A stretch of 64,000 bases of DNA from assembly GCA_050115495.1 (NCBI GenBank), contig JASFQK010000006.1, positions 96,001 through 160,000 on the forward strand, given 5' to 3'. This document shows positions 1 through 9,141 of the stretch, one piece after another. The notes below the pieces were generated by a model. It saw only the letters and a list, made by a program, of their open reading frames with translations. It made no database searches and had not been told where the DNA came from. Origin of the DNA: Phycisphaerae bacterium (lineage in GTDB: Bacteria > Planctomycetota > Phycisphaerae > UBA1845 > Fen-1342). The first letter of the stretch is position 1. The number at the start of each line of letters is the position of its first letter. A program made the position numbers and the translations under genes.

Positions 1-476
1 CGCTCCGCCTGCCCGTCGATCTCGGCCGTCCACGGCTCATTCGCCCGCGGTTCACCATTCTCCAGCACGCGCAGCCGGAAGTTCGTCGGCTCACCCCGCC
101 GGACGAAGCGATGCCGCATCTCCGACTCACCGCTCTCCTGCTTGGGCCGAATCTCGGGAACGGTGACCCGGTCGCCCGGCAGGAGCACGTTGGGATCCTC
201 GCGAGCCTCTCTCAGCTCCGCGTTGGCCCCCTCGTTCCAGATCGTCTCCCAGAAATGCCCCGTCTCGTTGGCAATGCTCGATATGCACTCACCCTCACGA
301 ACCACGCGGTTACCCTGGCCGACCGGCTCGGCCGCGGCCGGCGCCCGTTGACTCTCGGCCTGCTGCGCCGTCGTTCCGCTGTTGCCGGCGGACATCCGCG
401 TGCGCAGTCGCTCCGAGAAATCGTCGCCTCCCCCAGCAGAAACCGGCGTATCCGAACTCTGCGGCGCGTCGCTCAT
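1..476 (-). CDS. LysM-domain protein, paralog of 2715..3494 (5' part only; runs off the window edge; missing from the ORF track)
   Basis: ATG at 476 overlaps the TGA of the upstream gene (ATGA). Manual translation MSDAPQSS...[80 protein letters not shown] aligns closely with the 2715..3494 product. Confidence 0.85.
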   Translation of the reverse strand, partial: MSDAPQSSDTPVSAGGGDDFSERLRTRMSAGNSGTTAQQAESQRAPAAAEPVGQGNRVVREGECISSIANETGHFWETIWNEGANAELREAREDPNVLLPGDRVTVPEIRPKQESGESEMRHRFVRRGEPTNFRLRVLENGEPRANEPWTAEIDGQAE

Positions 477-1165
477 TGCAGCTTCACCGTAAGCTCGGCG
501 ATCCCCACCACGTTCTGTCGATTCGACATCATGACCCCGAACGTATCCTCACGTTTGTCCGTCGGCGCGTAATAGACGAGTAGCAGCTTGGGCTTGTCCT
601 GAATGATCACATGCTCGACCAACCCGGCGACCAACAGCCCTGGCGGCTCGGCCCCGCTGACCTCGACGTCCACCTCGACGCGCTGGCCGGGAGAGATGCT
701 GTCCGGCCAGTCACACTTGGACAGCTTTGGGGGCTGAACGACTGCCCCGCGGCGCACGCCGGTGCCCGGTCCGGTCAGGATGTCGTCGAGCCAGCGGGCC
801 CAGCTCAGCAGCTCATCCAGCGGCGGGTCACCGCTCAAGCTGATCACGACATTGTCGCGGCGGAATAGCAGCGTGCCCATCTCCGGCGGCTCGACGCGCC
901 ATACGCACAGGTCGTCGCCGATCGAATGTTCCTCCGGCGAGCCTCCAATCGTGACGCCGTCGACATGACGATCAAAGAGCTCCTCTGCGCAGGCAACGTC
1001 CTTGACGACGCTCAGTTCCAGGCATACCTCACGCTCATCGGCGAGCCGGATCGTGTAAACGTTCCCAGAGCAATTCAGGTCACGTTCGCAGATGTGAGCA
1101 TCTGGGTGGCGCAGGCGCAAGGCCGTCGGCAGGTCCACGCCGGTCACAAGGTCGTTCGAGGCCAT
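473..1165 (-). CDS. Hypothetical protein, candidate immunity protein
   Basis: AAGGAGG RBS before ATG 1165; about 230 aa, acidic, no signal peptide, C-terminal beta-sandwich-like segment; lies directly downstream of the candidate effector. Confidence 0.6.
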   Translation of the reverse strand: MASNDLVTGVDLPTALRLRHPDAHICERDLNCSGNVYTIRLADEREVCLELSVVKDVACAEELFDRHVDGVTIGGSPEEHSIGDDLCVWRVEPPEMGTLLFRRDNVVISLSGDPPLDELLSWARWLDDILTGPGTGVRRGAVVQPPKLSKCDWPDSISPGQRVEVDVEVSGAEPPGLLVAGLVEHVIIQDKPKLLLVYYAPTDKREDTFGVMMSNRQNVVGIAELTVKLQ

Positions 1166-1238
1166 CAATGCTGCCTCCTTGTCCCGAAGCAGCCCGGCCC
1201 CGCGGTCAGCAGCAGACCGGGCAACGCCGCCAACGGCT

Positions 1239-2678
1239 TCAGTGCGGGCATGACCAAGTCAGCTCCATGGTGTCGCTCCCGTAGAGCCAGTCATTCCTCC
1301 CTCCAAATTGCGCGCTGGCGCTCGGAGCGTGGCAGGTAATGGTTCGGCTGCTCACTTTGCCGTACGTAGGGTCATACGTCGTCCCTCCATACTTCGTCAT
1401 CGCGTGGAACTTGAAGTGCGGGTCCTTCTGCGCAGCTCCGTTCTTCGGCGCAGTGACCTGAAACGTGCAGCCATATTTGAGGATGTGCGGCTTAGTGATC
1501 GTGACTCCGAGATTGACCCATTTCTTCCGTTTGGTACGCGTAAGGTAGAATGCGCAATTCGTTGGCCCCGTGCCGCCCCACATGTACACTAGAGACGAAA
1601 CCAACCCGACGCTGCGGCACAAGTAGTGCATTAGCTTGGCATAATCCGTGCATTGGCACTTCTTTTTGCCATAGGTTGACAACACCTTGGACAGTTTCAG
1701 GTCGGCGCCGGGGACGTAGCGCGGCGTCTGCTTGTCGGCCCGCAATCCCTTGTTGATGAAGCCGGCCACGTCGGTCTGGCCGTTCACGTAGCCGCAGGCT
1801 TTCTCCAGAGCCTTCGTGTACAGCGGATTCTCGAGCGGCGTGTCGGCGACCTGGTAGATCTTGTGCGGTCCGGTCGTGAACATCCGGTACCACGTCTTCT
1901 TGTCGTGCGAGTAGGACCAGCGCAGCACGACCTCGCTGATCAGCACCCGGTCGGACAGACGGCCCTTCACGAGCGTGATGTCGTTCACGTCGAAGCTGGG
2001 AGTCGTCACAGTGACGTTGTCCTTCTCGAAGATCAGCGGCGCCGAAAGCCCCCTGAGCTTCTTCGGGTTGCCCCGTTTCGGTCGCGTCAGCCCGACCGCC
2101 CGCAGCGTGATCGGCTTGTCCGTCTCCCCGGAGACCACTTTCACCTTGACCTGGAGCTTGAGCCCGTTCGAGTTCTTCTTGTAGCAGACGGGCAGGTTTC
2201 GTTTCGGAGCGCTCTTCCACACCGGCCCCGTGATCAGCGACTTGCCGATCCACCTGGTCAATTCGCAATCGTCGTGAAACGACAGCTCGATCACCTTGAG
2301 CTTCATCGGCCCAGCGCTGACCGTGGCCCGTTTCTTGCTCGTCGGCGGCTTCCGCGGCACGCGGCTCACCGACGGCTTGGCGGTAGCCGAGGGCAGGAAG
2401 ATCACGCCGGGGGAGTCGGTCGCCGCCATCGGGTGATTGTAACCCTTCTTGGTCACCGGATGGCAGCCAACGAAATAATGCAGATACCACGCCACCTCGG
2501 CCAAATTGATCGTGCCCCAGTTGAAGCGCGCCAATTGCAGCCACGTCCAGCCAACCGTCTTGGCCAGCGACACCAGCGTCTCGCCGTCGTTGACCTGGTG
2601 CGCCGTGAACGCCGCGCGCGAGAGGGCGCCGTGCGGTAGACCGCAGGGGCAGATCGTCTTGGGCTCCTTCTCAACCAT
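1239..2678 (-). CDS. Candidate T6SS effector: N-terminal LysM-like domain plus C-terminal transglutaminase-like (Cys-His-Asp) domain
   Basis: GGAGAGG RBS before ATG 2678; LysM-like HQVNDGETLVSLAK...W..L...N; transglutaminase-like CQCTDYAKLMHYLCRSVG...FHAM...YDPT; very Lys-rich; downstream of vgrG. Confidence 0.65.
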   Translation of the reverse strand: MVEKEPKTICPCGLPHGALSRAAFTAHQVNDGETLVSLAKTVGWTWLQLARFNWGTINLAEVAWYLHYFVGCHPVTKKGYNHPMAATDSPGVIFLPSATAKPSVSRVPRKPPTSKKRATVSAGPMKLKVIELSFHDDCELTRWIGKSLITGPVWKSAPKRNLPVCYKKNSNGLKLQVKVKVVSGETDKPITLRAVGLTRPKRGNPKKLRGLSAPLIFEKDNVTVTTPSFDVNDITLVKGRLSDRVLISEVVLRWSYSHDKKTWYRMFTTGPHKIYQVADTPLENPLYTKALEKACGYVNGQTDVAGFINKGLRADKQTPRYVPGADLKLSKVLSTYGKKKCQCTDYAKLMHYLCRSVGLVSSLVYMWGGTGPTNCAFYLTRTKRKKWVNLGVTITKPHILKYGCTFQVTAPKNGAAQKDPHFKFHAMTKYGGTTYDPTYGKVSSRTITCHAPSASAQFGGRNDWLYGSDTMELTWSCPH

Positions 2679-2714
2679 CGTACGCGCACCTCTCCGCAAT
2701 CACCGTCGGCGGGC

Positions 2715-3494
2715 TCACGAACCGTGCACCTCCAACAGCTTGTCCCGCGTTGCCTCGTCGGGTCGGCCGGTTACCTCCAACTGCTGCGCCTCCTGAAAGG
2801 CAGCCAGGGCGGCCCGCGTCTTCGGACCGAGCATGCCGTCCACCGCGCCGCAGGCGAACCCGAGATTGTTCAACCGCCCCTGCACGCCCGACACCTCGGC
2901 AATCGGCTCGAGCTCGCCCAGGGCCAACGCATACTCATCCTCCTCCTCGCCCACGAACAGCCGCCCGTGCCGCGCGTCGCCGGGGATCGGGTGTTCGAGC
3001 TTGCCCTCGGCGTCGGTCGTCCCCTGGTACGTGCGGCCGGCCACTTCGAGACGATAGGGCTCATTGGCCCGCGGCTGCCCGCCCTCGACGACCTGGATGG
3101 CCACGGCTTGCGGCTCGCCCCGGCGCACGAAACGGTGCCGCATCTCGCTCGCCCCGGACTCCGTCTTCGGCTCGATTTCGCGGATGGACACCCGGTCGCC
3201 GGGCAAGAGAATGTTCTGGTCCCCGCGCGCGCTGCGCAACTCTTCGTTGTTGGGGTCGTTCCAGATCGTCTCCCAGAACAGGCCGTGTTCCTTGGCGATC
3301 GACGCGATGCAGTCGCCGCGGCGCACGATGTGGTCGCCCTGGCCGACGGGGCCGCGTGACTCTGTGTCGACCTCAGCCTCCTGGGCAGCCTGAGCGGCTG
3401 CGGCCGTTAGTGCAGCCTCTTCCGTCTGGCGAGCCCGGGCCTGCGCTTCGACCAACCGTCTGCTGAACTCATCGGCAGCGTCTATAGGGCTCAT
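2715..3494 (-). CDS. LysM + transthyretin-like + peptidoglycan-binding (PG_binding_1) protein
   Basis: Likely start ATG 3494 (MSPIDAAD, GGAG upstream); LysM HIVRRGDCIASIA...LLPGDRV; C-terminal VQGRLNNLGF..GAVDGMLGPKTRAALAAFQ...LEVTG.PD..T is typical of PG_binding_1. Confidence 0.85.
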   Translation of the reverse strand: MSPIDAADEFSRRLVEAQARARQTEEAALTAAAAQAAQEAEVDTESRGPVGQGDHIVRRGDCIASIAKEHGLFWETIWNDPNNEELRSARGDQNILLPGDRVSIREIEPKTESGASEMRHRFVRRGEPQAVAIQVVEGGQPRANEPYRLEVAGRTYQGTTDAEGKLEHPIPGDARHGRLFVGEEEDEYALALGELEPIAEVSGVQGRLNNLGFACGAVDGMLGPKTRAALAAFQEAQQLEVTGRPDEATRDKLLEVHGS

Positions 3495-3540
3495 CGACGT
3501 TTCTCCTGGCGACCCGTCCGCCGGTTGCCAGACAGGTTCG

Positions 3541-5991
3541 CTACTCGTGGTCATCCGCGTCGCCGGAATCACTCGCGGAAGCATCGGGACCGCCGGCAGT
3601 CTGCTCGTCGCCATCGCCGTCCGATGCGCTGGGCTGTGAAGAGGCTTGGCCTTGGTCGTCGCTGTCCGCAGAGCGTTCGTCGACCGCGCCGGCAGCGGCG
3701 CTGGCCGCCGACTGCCCGCCGGCCCGCTCCCACGCCTCGGCATCGAGCCGCGGGAAGCTGATCTGGCACGTGCCCGGCTCGGGCAGACCCACGTGGGCCT
3801 GACCGTTCCGGTCCAACGAACCGCGCCGCACCTCGCCATCCGGACGCGTGATCTCGTAACGCTCGCCCGCCACCGGCTGCCCCGCCTCGTCCACCAGTTC
3901 GATCTCGATCCACGACGTCTGCTGCTCTTCCTCCTCCGCCTCCGCCGGCGCGGCCTCCATCTGCTCGAGCTCCAGCGCCTCCGGCGGCGCGGCTTCCGCC
4001 TGGTACGTCGTATCGTGTCCGGGCACCGCGCCATCCGCGTCCACGGTCGCCTCCGGCGCCGTCAGCGATGCCGCCGAGCCACTGCCCCCCGATCCGCCAC
4101 TGTTGATCTTCACCTGCGCACCGAGGATGGTGACGCCGCTCGCGTCAATCTTGACGAAGTTACCGCCCGCCTTGAGCGTCAACCCGGCACCGGCCTCGAT
4201 AACGATGTTCGCCCCCGCCTTCAGGTAGATGTCACTTGCCGTGTTCTCGCTGTGCTTGCCGCCGATCTCCACAGCGACGTCACCCACGACCTCCAGCGAC
4301 TGGTTGCCACCGATCTTCTCGTTGAAATCGAGCGCAACCTCGCTGTGCTTCTTCTGCTTGACCAGCTCGAACTTCTGTTCCTTGACGGTCAGGTAGTGGT
4401 TATGCCCAACGTTCTCGACACGGTCGCTGTTGACGCGCACGTGCAGATCCTTCTGCGCATACAGCAGGATCTGCTCGCTGCCCACCTTGTCCTCGAACCG
4501 CAGCTCGTTCGTCCCGTCGCCGCCCTTCGAGCTGTTCGTCTTGATGCAGCTCTTCGTCTTTTCATCCGGAAGCGTGTACGGCGGCATCTGGTCGTTGTTG
4601 TAGACCCGCCCCGTGACGATCGGCCGGTCCGGATCGCCCTCCAGGAAATCGACGATCACCTCCTGCCCCACCCGCGGCAGGAACATGATGCCATACTGCC
4701 CACCCGCCAACCCCTGGCTCACCCGCACCCAGAACGAACTGTTCTCGTCGTACACGCCCTCCTGGTCCCAGTGGAACTGCACCTTCACCCGGCCGTACTC
4801 GTCGGTGTAGATCTCTTCGCCCGACGGCCCCACCACGATCGCCGTCTGGCTGCCGCGCACCGTGGGTCGCGGCGTTGTCCGCGGCGCTCGGTAGGGCACG
4901 TCCGACGGAATCGCCGTAATCTCGACCTCGTACCGCAGACCCTGCTCGCCGGCCTCCTCCGCCGCGCTCTGCGGCTGCGTCGCACGGTGCGTCAGGCCGG
5001 TCACCAGGTACTCGCGGTTCAGCGCCTCACTCGGATGCTCGATCAACGTGAACTTGTACCCGGACAGCAACCCCCGCGCCGTCGCGCTCATGTACTGCGT
5101 GTGCCGCGCCGCCTGAAACTCCTGCAGCCGCAGTTGCACGTAGTGCTCGCCGACCGTGCGATCTACGTAGTTGCCGGGGTAATCCACATAATCCAGTGAC
5201 GAGAACACATCCGCCGCCAGGTTCGCCCGCAACTGCGTCTTCGGCTGCTGGAAGTTGAAGGCGTCCAACGTCACCGCCCCCGTCCGAATCTCCTCCCGGT
5301 CCCGCAACCGGTAGACCGCCTCGTGTTCCTGGTCCGGCACCAGACCCTGCGGCGGCCGGAACGGATACTCCGCCTCGTTCGGCGTAGCCACGTGCGCCAC
5401 GTCACTGTCGGCGATCACCATCTTGTGACCGTCGGTGGTGTGCTCGAAGAAGTAGAAGATCCCCTCGTGCTCCATCAGCCGCGAGATGAACGCCAGCTCC
5501 GACTCGCGGTACTGCACCACCATCTCACGCGCCGCGTACGTCTCTTGGAGAGCAAACCGATAGCTGTCCTCCGGGATACCGGCGTCGGCGAACACCTTCC
5601 GGATGATCCCCGGCACCGACATGTCCGAGCAGTTCGTCTCCAGGAACAGCCGGGAGCGGTACCGGTTCGCTAACAACCAGTGAACAGGCACGACTTCCGC
5701 CGCATAGTACGTCAGGCTCGAACCCTCCCCCGTCCGCTCGAACCCTCGCACAATACCGCTCACACACCGCAGCCCGCTGGGCCCGGAGATCTCCAGCAGG
5801 GCCGGCTTGCCGACCACGTCGGCCAGCGCGATGTTCGCCTCGTCCGAGCAGAGCGACACCCGAAAGTGAAACAGCTCGCTCAGACCCTCGCGACCCTCGA
5901 ACGCGGTGACCTTCAGGACGTCGGGCGTTAGCTCACCCGCCCGAAAGGTGAAATCCGCTGTATGCCCCGGGCGGGCGGGAGATGCCGCCAT
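3541..5991 (-). CDS. vgrG: Type VI secretion tip protein VgrG (TssI) with C-terminal extension
   Basis: GGAGGTG RBS before ATG 5991; motifs EGLSELF, VQYRESEL.FISRLMEHEGIFYFFEH, QTAIVVGP.GEEIYTDEYGRVKVQFHWD, PRVGQEVIVDFLEGDPDRP, NELRFED. Confidence 0.97.
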   Translation of the reverse strand: MAASPARPGHTADFTFRAGELTPDVLKVTAFEGREGLSELFHFRVSLCSDEANIALADVVGKPALLEISGPSGLRCVSGIVRGFERTGEGSSLTYYAAEVVPVHWLLANRYRSRLFLETNCSDMSVPGIIRKVFADAGIPEDSYRFALQETYAAREMVVQYRESELAFISRLMEHEGIFYFFEHTTDGHKMVIADSDVAHVATPNEAEYPFRPPQGLVPDQEHEAVYRLRDREEIRTGAVTLDAFNFQQPKTQLRANLAADVFSSLDYVDYPGNYVDRTVGEHYVQLRLQEFQAARHTQYMSATARGLLSGYKFTLIEHPSEALNREYLVTGLTHRATQPQSAAEEAGEQGLRYEVEITAIPSDVPYRAPRTTPRPTVRGSQTAIVVGPSGEEIYTDEYGRVKVQFHWDQEGVYDENSSFWVRVSQGLAGGQYGIMFLPRVGQEVIVDFLEGDPDRPIVTGRVYNNDQMPPYTLPDEKTKSCIKTNSSKGGDGTNELRFEDKVGSEQILLYAQKDLHVRVNSDRVENVGHNHYLTVKEQKFELVKQKKHSEVALDFNEKIGGNQSLEVVGDVAVEIGGKHSENTASDIYLKAGANIVIEAGAGLTLKAGGNFVKIDASGVTILGAQVKINSGGSGGSGSAASLTAPEATVDADGAVPGHDTTYQAEAAPPEALELEQMEAAPAEAEEEEQQTSWIEIELVDEAGQPVAGERYEITRPDGEVRRGSLDRNGQAHVGLPEPGTCQISFPRLDAEAWERAGGQSAASAAAGAVDERSADSDDQGQASSQPSASDGDGDEQTAGGPDASASDSGDADDHE

Positions 5992-6050
5992 GTCGTTCAC
6001 CTCCGATTTCGTCCTGCGCAATGAGACCTGATGCCGGCAAAAAATGAAGA

Positions 6051-6113
6051 GACACTGCCCGGCGAAAGGTAGGAGCCCGTACAAGTTGTATGCCTTTCGC
6101 CCGATAGTGTCAA
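6051..6113 (-). promoter_or_regulatory. Candidate vgrG promoter inside an inverted repeat
   Basis: Minus strand TTGACA (6113-6108)-N17-TACAAC (6090-6085); inverted repeat arms GACACT/AGTGTC and GGCGAAAGG/CCTTTCGCC; U-tract further downstream. Confidence 0.45.
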
Positions 6114-6234
6114 TGATTTGTACCTGCCCCGACCGCTCATCAAAGCAGGGTATAGACACCTCGCGACGCGCGCTTCCGCGAGTCCCCCCCCCGACCGTCG
6201 AGCGCGGACCCCCACCCCTCTTCCAGGCAGCTCC

Positions 6235-7425
6235 CTAGCGCCGCAGGAAGTACTCCATAAGGTCGCACCCGCGGTCCAGGTGCATCTCCCCATCCGCCGC
6301 CGTCGCCTCGTCGAACGCCTCCCCGCGACTCGACCCGATCCCCGTCCCCGCCATCAGGAAGACCGTCGGACCGGCCAGGTGCCGCCGCTCGATTACCGAC
6401 GTGCCGTGATCCGGCATCACCAGCAAACGGTACTGCGACTCCGCCCGCAGCCGGACATACAGCGGCGCAACCACGTCGCGGTCGAGCGCTTCCAGCAGCG
6501 CCACCTTCCGCTGCACCTCGCCGGCGTGCGACAGCTCATCCGCTGCCTCGACGTGAACGCAGACCACGTCGTGCTGGTCCAGGGCCCGCACCGCAGCTCG
6601 GCCCTTCGCCCCCAAATCGGTGTCGGGCAGGCCGGTCGCCCCCGGCACATCGAGCACGTCCCAGCCAACCGCCCGGGCCAGGCCCCGCACCCGATCCACC
6701 CCCGCCACCATCGCCCCGCGCACGCCAAACCGCTCGGCGAACGCCGGCAGCTCCGCCTGCGGCCCCTGCCCGTACACCCAGACGGCGTTGGCTGGGTTCT
6801 CGCCCAGGTCCTGCCGCACCGCATTGATGTCGTGCTCGGCCAGCCGGTGCTGCGCCCAGTGAAACATCCGTACCAGCGGCTCGGAGCCCGCCCCCGCCGG
6901 CAGGTGCCGCTTCACCGCCTGGTCCACCAGCCCCTGCGGATCCGTCGTCCGCAGCCGCGGCAGCGGTCCCGCGTCACGCCAGAAGAACAGCCCCCGGTAC
7001 GACCGGCCGGCGTGAAACGAGACACTTCGATCTTCCAATGCTTCGTTTAGGTCCGCCAGCAACTGCCCCGCCTGCACTGTATCAATGTAGCCGGCTGCCA
7101 GGTCCAGCAGCCGCCCGTCCATCACCGTCACCAAGTTGCAGCGGAAAACCAGATCGTTCTCCCCCACCGGCAGCCCGCGGGCCAGCGCTTCCAGCGGGCC
7201 TCGCGCCACCGCGTGACTCCGCGGATCGTAGCCCAGCACGCTAAGCACCGTTAACTCGCCGCACGGCGCCATCCCCGTGGGCACCGTCCGCGCCGTGCCC
7301 GTGCGGCCGATGGCGGCCAACTCGTCGAGCGTGGGCAGCGCCGCAGCCTCCAGCGGGGTACGCCCGTCCAGTTCCTCCAGGGCTTCACCGGCGGCGCCAG
7401 AAGGGATGATGATGGCGTGCTTCAT
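6235..7425 (-). CDS. ApgM-family (cofactor-independent phosphoglycerate mutase-like) protein with degenerate N-terminal active-site residues
   Basis: GRTPLEAA, LGYDP, RGPLEA, FRCNLVT, HVEAADELSH, PDH motifs; the usual PDGxAD and SDV motifs read PSGAAG and CGEL. Confidence 0.85.
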   Translation of the reverse strand: MKHAIIIPSGAAGEALEELDGRTPLEAAALPTLDELAAIGRTGTARTVPTGMAPCGELTVLSVLGYDPRSHAVARGPLEALARGLPVGENDLVFRCNLVTVMDGRLLDLAAGYIDTVQAGQLLADLNEALEDRSVSFHAGRSYRGLFFWRDAGPLPRLRTTDPQGLVDQAVKRHLPAGAGSEPLVRMFHWAQHRLAEHDINAVRQDLGENPANAVWVYGQGPQAELPAFAERFGVRGAMVAGVDRVRGLARAVGWDVLDVPGATGLPDTDLGAKGRAAVRALDQHDVVCVHVEAADELSHAGEVQRKVALLEALDRDVVAPLYVRLRAESQYRLLVMPDHGTSVIERRHLAGPTVFLMAGTGIGSSRGEAFDEATAADGEMHLDRGCDLMEYFLRR

Positions 7426-7535
7426 CGCGGTGGGACCTTGCCGAAGACGACCGCGCCTTCAGCCGCGGTCAAGCGCAACATGATATCGCCCAACCACGAG
7501 TTTGCACGCTCGGAAGACTGACTTCCCCCGCCCGA

Positions 7536-8222
7536 TTACGCCGGCTGGTACGCCAGATCCGGGGCCGCCTCGGCGACGAAACGCCCCTCCCGGGCCGCAC
7601 ACAGTTCCGCCGGCACGCCCCCGACCACCGTCTCCGGCGCTACGTCGCGGATCACCACCGCGCCCGGCTCAACGTGCGCCCCGCGGCCGATCCTGCGCCC
7701 CGGGATCACACAGCAGCCGATGCCCAGCGTGGCCATCTCGTCGATGAACACGGTCCCCGCCAACCGCACCGCCGGATACAGGAAAACCCCGCGACCGATG
7801 ATGTTGTCGTGCTCGATGATCGAGCCGGGGCTCAGGACAGCGTGGGCCCCGATCCGGGCGTGCACGCAGATGCACACGCGTGCCCCGATGATCAGGTGCT
7901 CGCCCAGCACCGCTGTCGGCGAGATGCTGGCCAACGGATGAACCGCCGACACCAGGCTCAGGCCGCGCCGTTGCAGCTCACCGGCCAGCGCCAAACGCGT
8001 CGCATTGTCGCCAACCGCCACCACGGCGCCGGCGATGCCCGTGCGCGCCAGCCGGCCGGCCTGCTCGATTCCTCCCAACACCGGCAGCCCGTCCACCAGC
8101 GCCCCGTGCAGCGCGCGGTTCGAGTCCAGGAACGCCACCGGACGATGACGATTTCCCTGGCGCAGAATGTCCAGGACCATCCGCCCCAGTCCCCCGACTC
8201 CAAGAATCGCAACATCGCCCAT
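7536..8222 (-). CDS. NeuD/PglD-family sugar acetyltransferase (hexapeptide repeat)
   Basis: ILGVGGLG Rossmann start, VAVGDNATR, HPLASIS, IIEHDN, left-handed beta-helix repeats, GGVPA. Confidence 0.88.
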   Translation of the reverse strand: MGDVAILGVGGLGRMVLDILRQGNRHRPVAFLDSNRALHGALVDGLPVLGGIEQAGRLARTGIAGAVVAVGDNATRLALAGELQRRGLSLVSAVHPLASISPTAVLGEHLIIGARVCICVHARIGAHAVLSPGSIIEHDNIIGRGVFLYPAVRLAGTVFIDEMATLGIGCCVIPGRRIGRGAHVEPGAVVIRDVAPETVVGGVPAELCAAREGRFVAEAAPDLAYQPA

Positions 8223-8355
8223 GCCAGGACTCCCCCCACTCTATCGGTGCATTCCGACCGCTTCCTCCCTTGACCTCCGTCCCTCCTTTTTGTGGTACGA
8301 TGATTGCACTGTCTTCATCACCCTCGCGGCCTGACCTCGACGGGAGCGCAGACCC

Positions 8356-8913
8356 ATGCAGCGTTTGATCATCAGCAGCGTGATCCTGGCGGCGGCGCTC
8401 GGCGCCGCTTTCCCCGTCGGCGACGACCAGTCGCTTGCCCAGCAGCCCCCTCAGGCAACCTCCCAACCCACGGATACCCAGCCCGCCGCCGGCAACCAGG
8501 GCGTCCGGCCACCCGCACAGGTCGAGATTATCGAGAACCTGCTTCGCGATCGCGACCGATCCACCCTCATCCTCCCCCAGGACCCCGAGTCCATCGCCCG
8601 CGATGCCCGGCCGGCAACCGGCTCCGGCGGCCAGCTCCTGGCCGAGGGGACCATGCTCGTCGAACGCCCCGGACGCTTCGTCGTCCAGGACGGCAAGCCG
8701 ACCTTCATCTTCCACAGCATCGAAGCCGGCCCCGCCCTGCGGCAAATGGAGCTCCTGCCCAACGGCTTCCTCGAGGCCCTGGAGGGCGAGGCGGAGCGCG
8801 TCGACAACCCCGAGTTCGTGATCTCAGGAGAGGTCACCTGCTACCGAGGGCGCAATTACCTGCTTCTGACGAAGATTCTGCGCCGCAGCAGCCACGGAAA
8901 TCTGGCCCCTTAG
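8356..8913 (+). CDS. Secreted hypothetical protein (ATSQP linker, small beta domain)
   Basis: GGGAG RBS, signal-peptide-like N-terminus, host-like codon usage; divergent from the acetyltransferase gene. Confidence 0.75.
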   Translation: MQRLIISSVILAAALGAAFPVGDDQSLAQQPPQATSQPTDTQPAAGNQGVRPPAQVEIIENLLRDRDRSTLILPQDPESIARDARPATGSGGQLLAEGTMLVERPGRFVVQDGKPTFIFHSIEAGPALRQMELLPNGFLEALEGEAERVDNPEFVISGEVTCYRGRNYLLLTKILRRSSHGNLAP

Positions 8914-9141
8914 AATGGGTGGTCCAGGTAAAATAGTAAAAATCTGCCCGACACCCCAACCTATTTCATCCAGACTGAAACCATTTCACTGGGCCCAGAT
9001 CTAGTGGCCCCACGTCATCGGCTTTCCCTATTTCGTTGGTTGTCAACTATGTCAACAGCCATTCTCCGATTCCCCCTGCTCAAATGGTAAAACAGGCAAC
9101 CTTTTTCAGGACCCACTACGGCAAAATCGTGGTATGCTTCA

